From Acidimicrobiia bacterium (GTDB lineage Bacteria > Actinomycetota > Acidimicrobiia > Spongiisociales > ZC4RG35): a stretch of 64,000 nucleotides of DNA. The stretch is from assembly GCA_965203555.1 (NCBI GenBank), contig CBDBCY010000004.1, forward strand, positions 1,824,001-1,888,000, read 5' to 3'. A program made the translations under genes and the position numbers. Of this stretch, positions 10,244-20,397 are shown one piece after another. A model generated the notes under the pieces. The model worked only from the letters and a program-made list of their open reading frames with translations. It was not told the DNA's origin and did no database searches. How positions within the stretch are numbered: the first letter of the stretch is position 1; the number at the start of each line of letters is the position of its first letter.

Positions 10244-10969
10244 GTGGGCAATGGTCTGCTGATAACCGTGGACGAATTGCACACGGCGGACATCGCCGAA
10301 ACGAGACGATTCGGCGCCTTGATCCAAAAGATCACTCGCCGTGGCCAGATGCCTGTGGCATTCGTCGGGGCGGGACTGCCACAACTTCTCGGAGACTTGA
10401 TGCGAGGCGACGCGGCCACCTTTCTCCAACGGTGCCACCGCCTTGAAGTCGGACCTCTCAATCTCCACGTAGCCAAAGAAGTGCTGGCGGAGACCTTTCG
10501 CCTGGGAGGATCGCATATCGGTGGGGAAGCCTTGCACGCCGCGGCGCATGCGAGCTATGGCTATCCCTATATGACCCAGTTGGTCGGATACGAGATATGG
10601 AACGCAACCCGCAACCCTGCCGAAGGCATTGATTCCGCTTCGGCCGCCGAAGGGATCGCCACGGCTCAGCGGGTGAGCGGAGAGCTATTCGTCAAGCCGA
10701 CCTGGGACGCGCTTACAGAAAGAGAGCGCGCCTTTCTGACGGCGATGCTGCCGGATCGAGCCGAAACAACGGTCTCCGACATCGCGAAACGCACCGGTAT
10801 GAGCCCCAAACAAGTGAGCGTCTACCGGAGCAGACTCATCCGTCACGATGCAATCACGGCAACGCGGTACGGGTACGTCACATTTGCCCATTCCGCTGCC
10901 CGCCAATGGCTATCCGCCGAAACGCAGGAAGACGACAACCCGTGGCGCCAACCCCGGTTCTCCTTATAA
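10244..10969 (+). pseudogene. 5'-truncated AAA ATPase with C-terminal wHTH
   Basis: Begins at Walker B (LLITVDELH); GYPYMTQLVG and an HTH tail present; no Walker A; in-frame TGA at 10205. Confidence 0.7.
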
Positions 10970-10979
10970 AATCCATGGA

Positions 10980-11384
10980 ATGAGCGAAAAAAGTGTCCTA
11001 CCCCAAACCGAGGCGGAGTGGCGGGAACGATTGGACCCCATGCAATACCAGGTGCTGCGGGAAGGGGGTACCGAGTATCCCTTCACCGGCGACTACTGGA
11101 ACAGCAAGAGGCCCGGCGTGTATGCCTGCGCCGGATGCGGGATGGAGTTGTTCGACTCGGACACCAAATACGACTCGGGCACCGGGTGGCCCTCTTTCTG
11201 GGAGGCCATGGACCCCGAGCGGATCGAGACCCGCGTCGACACCTCCCACGGCATGGTCCGCACCGAAGTCCTGTGCAAAGCGTGCGGGGGACACCTGGGG
11301 CATTTGTTCCCAGATGGCCCCAATCCGACCGGAATGAGGTATTGCCTCAACTCCTGTTCGTTGGATCTCAAGCCTTCCGAATAG
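10980..11384 (+). CDS. msrB: Peptide-methionine (R)-S-oxide reductase
   Basis: GTEYPFTG, CAGC, SGTGWPSF, RTEVLCKAC.GHLGHLF.DGP, RYCLNS. Confidence 0.96.
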   Translation: MSEKSVLPQTEAEWRERLDPMQYQVLREGGTEYPFTGDYWNSKRPGVYACAGCGMELFDSDTKYDSGTGWPSFWEAMDPERIETRVDTSHGMVRTEVLCKACGGHLGHLFPDGPNPTGMRYCLNSCSLDLKPSE

Positions 11385-11412
11385 CCGAAAATCGGTCACG
11401 AACGGGCCTGAT

Positions 11413-11441
11413 TTGATAATTTGACATTGCGGAAATATGAT
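11413..11441 (+). promoter_or_regulatory. Housekeeping-sigma promoter of the dnaK operon
   Basis: TTGATA-17 nt-TATGAT. Confidence 0.65.
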
Positions 11442-11454
11442 ACCCCCTTTGTTA

Positions 11455-11475
11455 GGTTGTAATAGGTAGACAACC
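11455..11475. promoter_or_regulatory. Inverted repeat, candidate repressor operator
   Basis: GGTTGT-N9-ACAACC just downstream of the dnaK promoter. Confidence 0.4.
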
Positions 11476-11544
11476 AAAGCGTTCCCTCTCCACCAGGCTG
11501 AGGGGTCCCGCGCCTGAAAGCGAAAACACGGAGGAGTAACAGAT

Positions 11545-13365
11545 ATGGCATCCGCAGTCGGAATAGACCTCGGAACCACCAACAGCGTGATCGCCGCCCT
11601 GGAGGGCGCCGATCCGGTAATCATCGCCAACGCCGAAGGGTCCAGGACCACCCCGTCGGTGGTGGCTTTCAAAGACGGAGAGATCCTGGTGGGGGAAGTG
11701 GCCAAGCGACAGGCCGTCACCAACCCCAACCTCACCGTCCGTTCGGTAAAACGACAGATGGGCACCGACTGGTCGATCGACGCCGACCAGAAGACCTACC
11801 GCGCCCAGGAGATCTCGGCCCGGGTGCTGCTCAAGCTCAAGCGCGACGCCGAGTCCTACCTGGGCGGGACCGTGACCGACGCGGTGATCACCGTCCCCGC
11901 ATACTTCAACGACGCTCAGCGGCAAGCCACCAAGGAAGCCGGGGTCATCGCCGGGCTGAACGTGCTCCGCATCATCAACGAGCCCACCGCCGCCTCACTC
12001 GCCTACGGGCTGGACAAGGAGAACGATCAGACCATCCTGGTCTTCGACCTGGGCGGCGGGACTTTCGATGTCTCCATCCTGGAGATCGGAGACGGCGTTT
12101 TCGAAGTGAAGTCCACCAGTGGCGACACCGGCCTGGGAGGCGACGACTGGGACGAGGCCATCATCGGTTGGCTGAACAAGCGGTTCCGGGATGAGCACGG
12201 CGTGGATCTGGCCGCCGACCGGATGGCCGGCCAGAGGCTGCGGGAAGCGGCCGAGAAGGCCAAGATCGAACTCTCCACCGTGGCGGAGACCGAGGTCAAC
12301 CTTCCTTTCGTCACCGCCACGTCGGCCGGACCGCTGCATTTGCAGTACAAGCTGACCCGTTCGGAATTCCAGAGGCTGTCCGAGCCGCTGCTCAAGCGCC
12401 TGGAGCGCCCGTTCCTTTCCGCCGTCAGAGACGCCGGCGTCAGGACCTCGGAAATCGACCATGTGGTGCTGGTGGGAGGCTCCACTCGCATGCCCGCCGT
12501 CCAGGAGTTGGTCGAACGACTGTCCGGACGCACGCCCCACCGCGGAGTCAATCCCGACGAGGTGGTGGCCGCCGGCGCCGCTATCCAGGCCGGCGTCCTG
12601 AAGGGCGAGGTGAAGGATGTCCTGTTGCTGGATGTCACCCCCCTAACCCTGGGAGTGGAGACCAAGGGGGCGGTGATGACCAAGATGATCGAGCGCAACA
12701 CCACCATTCCCACCCGCCGGTCGGAGATCTTCACCACCGCCGAAAGCAACCAGTCGTCGGTGGAGATCCACGTCCTGCAGGGCGAGCGGGCCATGGCCAT
12801 GGACAACAAGAGCCTGGGCAAGTTCCTGCTGACCGGGATCCCATCCGCCCCGATGGGCATTCCTCAGATCGAAGTCACTTTCGACATCGACGCCAACGGG
12901 ATAGTCAATGTCTCCGCCAAGGACCTGGCCACCGGCAAGCAGCAGGCCATGACCATCACCGGCGGGACCGCCCTCGACAGGGATGAGATCGACAGGATGG
13001 TCGAAGACGCCGAGCAGTACGAGGAAGAGGACCGTCAGAAGCGAGAGGCCGTCGAGACCCGCAATCAAGCCGATCAACTGGTCCACCAGACCGAAAAGCT
13101 CATGGAGGAGCAGAGCGAGCAACTGACCGAAGAGGAGAAGACCGCTCTGGAATCTGCCCTCTCCGATCTGCGTGCGGTGTTGGAGAACCAGAATGCCGAC
13201 TCGGCAGCGGTGCGCGAGAAGATGGAGGCGGTCATCTCCGCCAGCCAGCAGATGGCCACCCGTCTCTACCAGGAGGCTGCCGTCCAAGCCCAGCAGAGCG
13301 ACGACGACACGGGTGGCGACGACGATGTGGTGGAAGCCGAGATCATCGAGGACGAGGACCAGTAG
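11545..13365 (+). CDS. dnaK: Chaperone DnaK
   Basis: [36 protein letters not shown]; GGAG RBS. Confidence 0.99.
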   Translation: MASAVGIDLGTTNSVIAALEGADPVIIANAEGSRTTPSVVAFKDGEILVGEVAKRQAVTNPNLTVRSVKRQMGTDWSIDADQKTYRAQEISARVLLKLKRDAESYLGGTVTDAVITVPAYFNDAQRQATKEAGVIAGLNVLRIINEPTAASLAYGLDKENDQTILVFDLGGGTFDVSILEIGDGVFEVKSTSGDTGLGGDDWDEAIIGWLNKRFRDEHGVDLAADRMAGQRLREAAEKAKIELSTVAETEVNLPFVTATSAGPLHLQYKLTRSEFQRLSEPLLKRLERPFLSAVRDAGVRTSEIDHVVLVGGSTRMPAVQELVERLSGRTPHRGVNPDEVVAAGAAIQAGVLKGEVKDVLLLDVTPLTLGVETKGAVMTKMIERNTTIPTRRSEIFTTAESNQSSVEIHVLQGERAMAMDNKSLGKFLLTGIPSAPMGIPQIEVTFDIDANGIVNVSAKDLATGKQQAMTITGGTALDRDEIDRMVEDAEQYEEEDRQKREAVETRNQADQLVHQTEKLMEEQSEQLTEEEKTALESALSDLRAVLENQNADSAAVREKMEAVISASQQMATRLYQEAAVQAQQSDDDTGGDDDVVEAEIIEDEDQ

Positions 13366-13368
13366 GCA

Positions 13369-14001
13369 GTGGACTCTTCTCATGACACCGAACAGGCAGT
13401 GGATTCGAATCCCCCACTGGAGACAGTCACTGCCGAAGAAGTGGAGATCATGATGGAACAGGACTCGGAGGGGTCGGATGCCGGCCTCTCCGAAGAAGGG
13501 GATGACACCCCCGATCCCGACCAGAGTCTGACCAAGGCGCTGGATGACCTCCGAGAGGCGGAGCAACGGGCGAAGACAGCCCACCAGTCCTACCTCAGGG
13601 CGGTGGCCGACCTGGACAACTATCGCAAGCGCATGCGGCGGGAAAGGGACAACATCGTCGTCCAGGCGGTCGCACGCACGGTGGGGTCCCTCCTTCCGGT
13701 GCTGGACAGCTTCGACGCCGCCCTGGGCCTGCAGGCCGAATCCGAGCAGGGCGAGAGCGTCCTGTCCGGAATGAGAGCGACCTACGACCTGTTGCTGGGG
13801 ACCTTGCAAAACCAGGGCCTGGAGATCATCTCCACCGCCGGGGAGGAATTCTCTCCCCGGGTCCACGAACCGATCAATGCCCCCCCGCCCGGAGAGGGCG
13901 ACTTGATTGTCGCCGACGAAGTCCGGCGCGGGTACCGGTTGAAAGGCCGGCTGTTGCGGGCGGCGTTGGTAATGGTGACCAGAAGGAGCGAATCCGGATA
14001 G
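13369..14001 (+). CDS. grpE: Nucleotide exchange factor GrpE
   Basis: LRAVADLDNYRKR, LLPVLDSF, GYRLKGRLLRAALV; operon position; start uncertain. Confidence 0.95.
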   Translation: MDSSHDTEQAVDSNPPLETVTAEEVEIMMEQDSEGSDAGLSEEGDDTPDPDQSLTKALDDLREAEQRAKTAHQSYLRAVADLDNYRKRMRRERDNIVVQAVARTVGSLLPVLDSFDAALGLQAESEQGESVLSGMRATYDLLLGTLQNQGLEIISTAGEEFSPRVHEPINAPPPGEGDLIVADEVRRGYRLKGRLLRAALVMVTRRSESG

Positions 14002-15114
14002 ATGAACCGCGACTGGGTGGACAAGGACTTCTATCAGACCCTGGGCGTGGGCAAGGCCACTTCGGCTGACGATATCAAGCGCGCCTATCGGAAGCTGGCC
14101 CGCCGGTACCACCCCGACGCCAATCCCGGAGACGACGGCAAAGCGGAGAAGTTCAAGGAAATCTCCGAGGCCTACTCGATCCTCTCCGATCCCAAGCGGC
14201 GTAAAGAATACGACGAGGTCCGCCGGGTGGTCGAGTCGGGTGGATACCGCCACTTCCCCGGCGCAGGCGCCGGCCACGGCTCTCCCTTCGGCGGGCAGGT
14301 CAACCTGGAAGACCTGCTGGGTGGATTCGGCGACCTGTTCGGCGGCGGTAGGCAGCAGGCCGGTGCGGGAAGGGGCCCTGATCTCACCGCCGGTCTCAGA
14401 CTCACCTTCGAGGAGGCATTGGAAGGAACGACGAAATCGATTGCGGTCAAAGGCCAGTCATCCTGTCCCGACTGCAGGGGAACCGGGGCCCGGGCGGGCA
14501 GCGCGCCTGACATCTGCCCCCTCTGCTCCGGCCAGGGCGCCGTCGTCCAGAACCAAGGGCTCTTCTCCTTCAGCCGCCCATGCCACCAATGCCGGGGATC
14601 GGGAAAGTTTATCCGGGATCCATGCCCCGGATGCCGGGGAAGGGGCGCCCGTCACCGGAGCCGGAAGGTACGGGTAAAGGTGCCGCAGGGGGTCAGGGAC
14701 GGGGGCCGGATCAAGATCAGGGGCAAGGGCGGCCCCGGCCGGTCGGGCGGGCCGCCCGGTGACCTGATCGTACAAGTGGAAGTGGAGGCCCATCCGCTCT
14801 TTGAGCGAAACGGCAAGAATCTCAACCTGGTCCTGCCCCTCACCTACACCGAGGCCGCCCTGGGGGCAACCCTGGAAATCCCGACCCTCCACGGATCGGT
14901 CAAGCTGCGCGTCCCACCCGGAACTAATAGCGGAAAGACCTTCCGAGTCCGGGGAGGAGGAGTCCCGACCAGGAAGGGCAGAGCCGGCGACCTGCTCGTG
15001 GAAGCCAGGGTGGAGACTCCCAGGCGGGTAACCAGGAAGCAACGGCAACTGCTGGAGGATCTCGCCGAATTGGACCGGCAAGATATACGCTCCCACTTCG
15101 CGGTGAACAAATGA
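14002..15114 (+). CDS. dnaJ: Chaperone DnaJ
   Basis: J domain HPD, G/F-rich region, four CxxCxGxG repeats. Confidence 0.98.
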   Translation: MNRDWVDKDFYQTLGVGKATSADDIKRAYRKLARRYHPDANPGDDGKAEKFKEISEAYSILSDPKRRKEYDEVRRVVESGGYRHFPGAGAGHGSPFGGQVNLEDLLGGFGDLFGGGRQQAGAGRGPDLTAGLRLTFEEALEGTTKSIAVKGQSSCPDCRGTGARAGSAPDICPLCSGQGAVVQNQGLFSFSRPCHQCRGSGKFIRDPCPGCRGRGARHRSRKVRVKVPQGVRDGGRIKIRGKGGPGRSGGPPGDLIVQVEVEAHPLFERNGKNLNLVLPLTYTEAALGATLEIPTLHGSVKLRVPPGTNSGKTFRVRGGGVPTRKGRAGDLLVEARVETPRRVTRKQRQLLEDLAELDRQDIRSHFAVNK

Positions 15115-15563
15115 GCCGTCGCCAGGAAGCCTTGTTCGTGATTTCGGTGGCCGCCCGGCTGTCAGGCATGCATCCTCAGACCCTGCGCATCTACGAACGG
15201 CGCGGGCTGGTGGCGCCTTACCGCACCGAGGGCGGCACCCGTCGCTATTCCCAGGAGGACATCGACCGGTTGCTTTTGATCAGCGAACTCACCTCGGCCG
15301 GACTCAACTTGGAGGGAGTGAGGATGGTCATGGAATTGCGGGATGAGATCTCGGCGATACGAAAGGAACGCCGAAGAGGACAACGCCAACTGGAACTTCT
15401 GGCCGGCGCCGCCGGTCGGGCGGCTCAACTCGAAGCGGAAAACCAACGGCTGCGAGCCAAGATCCGGGAGTTGGACGACCGGTTGGGCGCCGTGTCCGGG
15501 GAATTGGAAGGCCTTCGCCGCATCTATTACCGGAATTTCCCCACTCCGGGCGACAGCGGATAG
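15111..15563 (+). CDS. hspR: Heat-shock repressor HspR (MerR family)
   Basis: ISVAARLSGMHPQTLRIYERRGLV.P.RT.GGTRRYS; last gene of the dnaK operon. Confidence 0.95.
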   Translation: MSRRQEALFVISVAARLSGMHPQTLRIYERRGLVAPYRTEGGTRRYSQEDIDRLLLISELTSAGLNLEGVRMVMELRDEISAIRKERRRGQRQLELLAGAAGRAAQLEAENQRLRAKIRELDDRLGAVSGELEGLRRIYYRNFPTPGDSG

Positions 15564-15583
15564 CGGCTAATCTCTATTGTCCT

Positions 15584-15865
15584 GTGAGCGACTTCTATCG
15601 AGGGATCCTGCGGGTTATGGACCCCAACGGATTCCTGCTTGATATCGGAGCGGCCGACCTTCGGATCGACGATCCCGCCAGGAATACTTGGAGCGGTGGC
15701 CTGACTGTGTCAAAAGGTTCCTGCCTGGACCGCAAGAGCCTGACCGTCCTGGTCGAAACGGCCGAAGGAACCCGTTCTCTGGCGCAGATCAGCCCTGCTA
15801 CCGAACCCGACCGCGGCCGTTTTGTCAAGATGGATGTGGCGGGTCTGGGGACCCCGCCCTTCTAG
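15584..15865 (+). CDS. Small hypothetical protein (DUF4873-like)
   Basis: Y.G at the N-terminus, W.G.L, C-terminal G.G.PPF. Confidence 0.55.
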   Translation: MSDFYRGILRVMDPNGFLLDIGAADLRIDDPARNTWSGGLTVSKGSCLDRKSLTVLVETAEGTRSLAQISPATEPDRGRFVKMDVAGLGTPPF

Positions 15866-15920
15866 CCCACCACCCGGGCAACGCTCGTTCTCCCCATCCA
15901 CATGGAGACAGTGGCGTAAC

Positions 15921-18428
15921 CTACTCGCCCACGGGAGACCATTCGAGGCCGAATTCGCTGACATCGTTGTCGGTGATCCGTCGAACGTTGTCCCCGTCCG
16001 CATCCATCACAAAGATCTCCCAGTTGCCGGAGCGGTAGCTTTCAAAGGCAATCCGGGCGCCGCTGGGCGACCACACCGGTGACTCGTCCTCAAAGTCGGT
16101 GGCGGTGAGTTGTTGAACGTTGGTTCCGTCCACATCCATCACAAAGATGTCCCTGCTCCCGTCGCGTTCGCTGTGGAAAGCGATGCGGGTTCCGTCAGGA
16201 GACCACGCCGGGCCTCCGTCAGTCACCTCATTGGCGGTGAGCTGTTGAACGTTGGTTCCGTCCACATCCATTACAAACAACTCCCAATCACCTTGGCGGA
16301 GACTTTCGAAGAGAATCCGCGAGCCGTCCGGCGACCATCGGGGATGCCCGTTGTGATACTCGTTGTCGGTAAGCAACCTCACGTCGGAACCGTCGGCATT
16401 CATCACAAAGATCTTCCAACCGGTCTCCTGCCGGCTTTCGAATGCGATGCGGGTCCCGTCCGGCGACCATCTCGGACCCCAATCGAAGGTGTCGAGATCG
16501 GTGAGTTGTCGCACATTGGAGCCATCGGCGTCCATCACATACACGTCGCTGTCCCCGTCGCGGTCGCTGGCGAAGACGATCCGGGTCCCGTCGGGCGACC
16601 ACCTGGGACGCCAGTCATGGGACTCGTTGTCGGTGAGTTTGCGGAGATTGCTTCCGTCGGCGTTCACCACAAACACCTCCACGTCCCCGTCGCGAAGGCT
16701 GCTGAAGAGAACTTGCGAGCCGTCCGGCGACCACATCGGAATGCCATCGGTAGAAGCCGTGTCGGTAAGTTCTCTCCGATTCGTTCCTTCGGCATTGATG
16801 GCCACCACGTCCCAGCGGGGGTTACGATTGCTGGTGTAGACGATCCGGGTCCCGTCGGGCGACCACCTGGGATACTCGTCGTGGTACCTGTCATCAGTGA
16901 GAGCCCGGCGGTTGGAACCGTCCGCCTCCACCACCACGATCTCCCCATATCCGTCCACATGGCTTTCCAAGACGAGGCGGGCACCGTCCGGCGACCACAC
17001 CGGATCCCCGTCCCAGGCCTCGTTGTCCGTCACCTGCAGGATCTGTCCACTGTCCGCATCCACCACAAATATCTCCCAGTCGCCGCCGACATGGCTTTCA
17101 ATAGCGATTCTGGCGTCCACCGGAGACCATTTGGGATCCCGGTCCTCGTGGTCGTTTCGCGTAAGTTGCTCCTGGTTGCCGCCGTCGGCGTCCATCACGA
17201 ACAATTCCCCGTCCCCGTCGCGTTCGCTTACGAAGGCGATCCGGGTCCCGTCCGGCGACCACACCGGATCCCCATCCCAGGTCTCGTTGTGGGTCAGCAA
17301 TACCGCCCCTGTTCCGTCGGCGTCCATCACGAACACATCACTGTCCCCGTCGCGTTCGCTTACGAAGGCGATCCGGGTCCCGTCCGGCGACCACACCGGA
17401 TCGGAATCCCGGAAGGGGTTATGGGTCAGTTGCCGTTGGTCGGCGCCGTCGGCGTCCATCACGAACACATCGTGACCGCTTACGAAGACGATCCGGGTCC
17501 CGTCCGGCGACCACACCGGATCCCCATCCGATGGGACACTGTAAGTGAGCCGCCTCACGTTGGCGCCGTCCTCGTCCATCACATACAACTCGGAAGAAAA
17601 GTCCCGATGGCTGTGAAAAGCGATGCGGGTTCCGTCCGGCGACCACGCCGGATCGGAATCCCTGGTGTCGTTCTCGGTCAGGCGCCGCACGTTGGAACCG
17701 TCCGCATCCATCACAAAGAGTTCATCGTTGCCCTCCCATCTGGTGAATGCCAGGCGTCCGGTGGGACCTTCCGGCAGCGGAGGAATGTAGTGGAGGGCAC
17801 GAGCCAGGGCGACCGCCATGTCCCCCCTGGTGATCGGAGCGTCAGGACAATACCTGAACAGTCCACCGGGACAGCCTTCCGCGATACCGGCGCCGGCCGC
17901 GGCGCCGATGTCCCCGGCATGGATGTTCCCTGCGACGTCGATGAACCCGGCCACCGGATCAGGCCTCAGACCCAGAGCGCGAATCAGAAAGCTCGCCAAC
18001 TGCCCGCGTGTCGCCGGAGCGTCCGGACAGTAGAGATCACGATCCTTGGAACATCCAATCGTCACTCCCTTTTCCGCCAGCAACTCCACATAGGGCGCCC
18101 ACCATCGGGCGGGGTCCACGTCCTTGAACCGCGACGTCTCCACCGGAGCGGGTTCCTCGTCCTCCAAGATCCGGCCCATCCACACCGCAGCCGCCCACCG
18201 CTCGAGCACCTCGTCCGGACAGACCGAGCCGTCCTCGCATTCCGTGCCGTCCAAGATCCCCCTCTTTGCCAAGGCATCCATTGCCGTTTGCACAGTCGCC
18301 TGGTCAGCGGCGCTGTCGGCGCCCGCCGCCACCGGGCCGAACAGGGTCAGCACCATCCCGATCACTCCTGCCACCGCCAACGAGCGGCGCCGTGACAACC
18401 AACCCTGACCGCTACCCTGGATACCCAT
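15921..18428 (-). CDS. Secreted SLH-domain protein with 14 TolB/PD40-like beta-propeller repeats
   Basis: Signal peptide, SLH repeats with CP motifs, 14 WSP-containing repeats of ~44 aa. Confidence 0.9.
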   Translation of the reverse strand: MGIQGSGQGWLSRRRSLAVAGVIGMVLTLFGPVAAGADSAADQATVQTAMDALAKRGILDGTECEDGSVCPDEVLERWAAAVWMGRILEDEEPAPVETSRFKDVDPARWWAPYVELLAEKGVTIGCSKDRDLYCPDAPATRGQLASFLIRALGLRPDPVAGFIDVAGNIHAGDIGAAAGAGIAEGCPGGLFRYCPDAPITRGDMAVALARALHYIPPLPEGPTGRLAFTRWEGNDELFVMDADGSNVRRLTENDTRDSDPAWSPDGTRIAFHSHRDFSSELYVMDEDGANVRRLTYSVPSDGDPVWSPDGTRIVFVSGHDVFVMDADGADQRQLTHNPFRDSDPVWSPDGTRIAFVSERDGDSDVFVMDADGTGAVLLTHNETWDGDPVWSPDGTRIAFVSERDGDGELFVMDADGGNQEQLTRNDHEDRDPKWSPVDARIAIESHVGGDWEIFVVDADSGQILQVTDNEAWDGDPVWSPDGARLVLESHVDGYGEIVVVEADGSNRRALTDDRYHDEYPRWSPDGTRIVYTSNRNPRWDVVAINAEGTNRRELTDTASTDGIPMWSPDGSQVLFSSLRDGDVEVFVVNADGSNLRKLTDNESHDWRPRWSPDGTRIVFASDRDGDSDVYVMDADGSNVRQLTDLDTFDWGPRWSPDGTRIAFESRQETGWKIFVMNADGSDVRLLTDNEYHNGHPRWSPDGSRILFESLRQGDWELFVMDVDGTNVQQLTANEVTDGGPAWSPDGTRIAFHSERDGSRDIFVMDVDGTNVQQLTATDFEDESPVWSPSGARIAFESYRSGNWEIFVMDADGDNVRRITDNDVSEFGLEWSPVGE

Positions 18429-18640
18429 CACAAACTCCTCTTCAGGTAGACCAAGACACCCGCGGCTAACAATACTCCCTGACATCCTTTCTCGATGGGA
18501 ACTCGAATAGCCGCGCTTCGGTGGGGCAAGAGTCAGAGAGCACTGTTTGCATGGCAAGAGCCGCCTCCACGTAGCGCGGGATGTTGAATAAGCTGTAGCG
18601 AAAGAGTGACTCTCCCGTCCGATTCTGCAATATTCTCAAG

Positions 18641-19324
18641 GTGACAATGGCCGATCATGTGGTATGGGATTGGAACGGCACCCTTTGGGACGACCTTCCC
18701 CAGGTACATCAAGCCACCAACGCCGCCCTTCGGGAAGTGGGCGGCCCTTCTCTGACCCTCTCCGAATACGTCGGTTTGTTCACCCGCCCTCTACCGATGT
18801 TCTATCGGCGGGCGTTGGGGCGAGATCTCACGCCGCCGGAGTGGGAACGGGTCAACCGCCGGTTCATGGACTCATACACAAGCACCCTCCACCTCGCCCG
18901 GCTGGCTTCCGAAGCCCTACCGGCGCTGGAGATGGCATCCCGCAACGGCGCCACCCAGTCCATTCTTTCTCTTTATCCCCATGATTCCCTGACTTCACTG
19001 GTCGCAAAACTTGGTATTTCCCATTACTTCACTCGCGTCGACGGCCTGCGAGGCACCCCGGACAGCAGCAAGGTCGGCATGTTTGCGGAACATCTGCGAG
19101 AGGCCGCGGCAGACATTCCTCCCCACCGGGTGGTGATGATCGGGGACACCGATGACGACTTGGCGGCGGCCCAGGCGTCCGGAAGCGCCGGCATACTCAT
19201 CAATCATCACGGGTACCACCCGCTGGGGGACCCCACCCTCGACAGTTTCTTTGCAGAAGGACTCATACAAGCTCTCGGGCGAGCCGGTCTGAAGCATCCG
19301 GATGCGCAGGCTTCCTGCCGATAG
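18641..19324 (+). CDS. HAD-family hydrolase
   Basis: VVWDWNGTL, motif IV MIGDTDDD. Confidence 0.88.
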   Translation: MTMADHVVWDWNGTLWDDLPQVHQATNAALREVGGPSLTLSEYVGLFTRPLPMFYRRALGRDLTPPEWERVNRRFMDSYTSTLHLARLASEALPALEMASRNGATQSILSLYPHDSLTSLVAKLGISHYFTRVDGLRGTPDSSKVGMFAEHLREAAADIPPHRVVMIGDTDDDLAAAQASGSAGILINHHGYHPLGDPTLDSFFAEGLIQALGRAGLKHPDAQASCR

Positions 19325-19710
19325 GGTTGCATTCGCCTCGCCGGCTTGCCGGGGTGGGCATGTGGAGCATGGGGACGGGTCGCGAAAAGACGGGGCCGAT
19401 AAGGGTTGACTCTGTCACACCGGAGGTTGCATATTGGTGAGGTCGAAACACCTCCCGGTCCGTTCCGACGTCGCCCGGACCGCGCAGCCGCTCTGATGAG
19501 CGGAGAGGTCATACTCCTTTCGGGACACGGTCTCCGGCAAGACCAGCAGACCGCGTCCTGAGTTCTTGGCGGTGGCGGCGGGGGACGGGCCCAACGGGTC
19601 CGGTAGGCAGAGCAATTTTTCGCGGAATAAACACTGTTTTCGCGATTCCCGCCAATAGGACCCACCCGTTGATCTCTAATACAATCCTTGCAAGTGGAGC
19701 GTTATCTAAC

Positions 19711-19734
19711 ATGAATACTGCTACTGATATTCAT
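19711..19734. promoter_or_regulatory. Inverted repeat, likely TA autoregulation operator
   Basis: ATGAATA-N10-TATTCAT just upstream of the antitoxin. Confidence 0.55.
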
Positions 19735-19749
19735 ACCAGGGGTTTACAA

Positions 19750-19965
19750 ATGCGGATTTCCGAACGCGGACAAATCACCATACCCAAACGGCTGAGGGAA
19801 CGATTTGGAATGCATCACAATGTCGAAGTCGAAATCATTCCCGTGGACAATGGCCTGCTTATCCAGAAAATGACAGCGGCGCCACACCCCGTGGATCGTG
19901 TGTACGGGATTCTGGGCGGGGATCGGAACACCGACGACTATATCGAGGAGATACGCGGCAGGTGA
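19750..19965 (+). CDS. vapB: AbrB/MazE-type antitoxin
   Basis: MRISERGQITIPKRLRERFG; GTGA overlap with the PIN gene. Confidence 0.9.
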   Translation: MRISERGQITIPKRLRERFGMHHNVEVEIIPVDNGLLIQKMTAAPHPVDRVYGILGGDRNTDDYIEEIRGR

Positions 19966-20366
19966 TCACCGCGGTTGACACGAACGTCCTGCTGGATGTG
20001 TTCCTGCCCGACACACATCACGGCGCCCGGTCTCGGCAGTTGCTCAAGCATGCTTATAACCGAGGGGCGATCCTTGTCTGCGATGTCGTTTACGCAGAAC
20101 TGGTTCCATTGTTCGCAGCGCGCGCCGCCCTCGACAAGGCATTGCGGGAGATCAGTGCCACAACATCCCCGATTGACGTCGCCATCGCCTGTGAAGCCGG
20201 CTCTCGTTGGTCCCGATATCGAAAGGCCGGTGGGCCCAGGAGTAGGATAATCACCGACTTCCTGATCGGCGCCCATGCCGTTGCTCGGTCTGACTTCTTC
20301 CTGACCAGAGATCGTGGCTTTTTCGCTGCCTATTTTCCTGAACTGCAAAGGCCCGACATCGCTTAG
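19962..20366 (+). CDS. vapC: PIN-domain toxin
   Basis: AVDTNVLLD, VYAEL, DFLIGAHA, LTRDRG. Confidence 0.92.
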   Translation: MITAVDTNVLLDVFLPDTHHGARSRQLLKHAYNRGAILVCDVVYAELVPLFAARAALDKALREISATTSPIDVAIACEAGSRWSRYRKAGGPRSRIITDFLIGAHAVARSDFFLTRDRGFFAAYFPELQRPDIA

Positions 20367-20397
20367 AAGCCGGGACAAACATCCGGCTTCCTGTCCC

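Noticed and set aside
12643-14277. 544-aa minus-strand ORF
   Set aside because: Antisense shadow of dnaK/grpE/dnaJ caused by high-GC codon bias
16110-18395. 761-aa plus-strand ORF with repeats
   Set aside because: Antisense mirror of the PD40-repeat gene
19325-19700. Small ORFs between the HAD and vapB genes
   Set aside because: No recognisable motif or start signals
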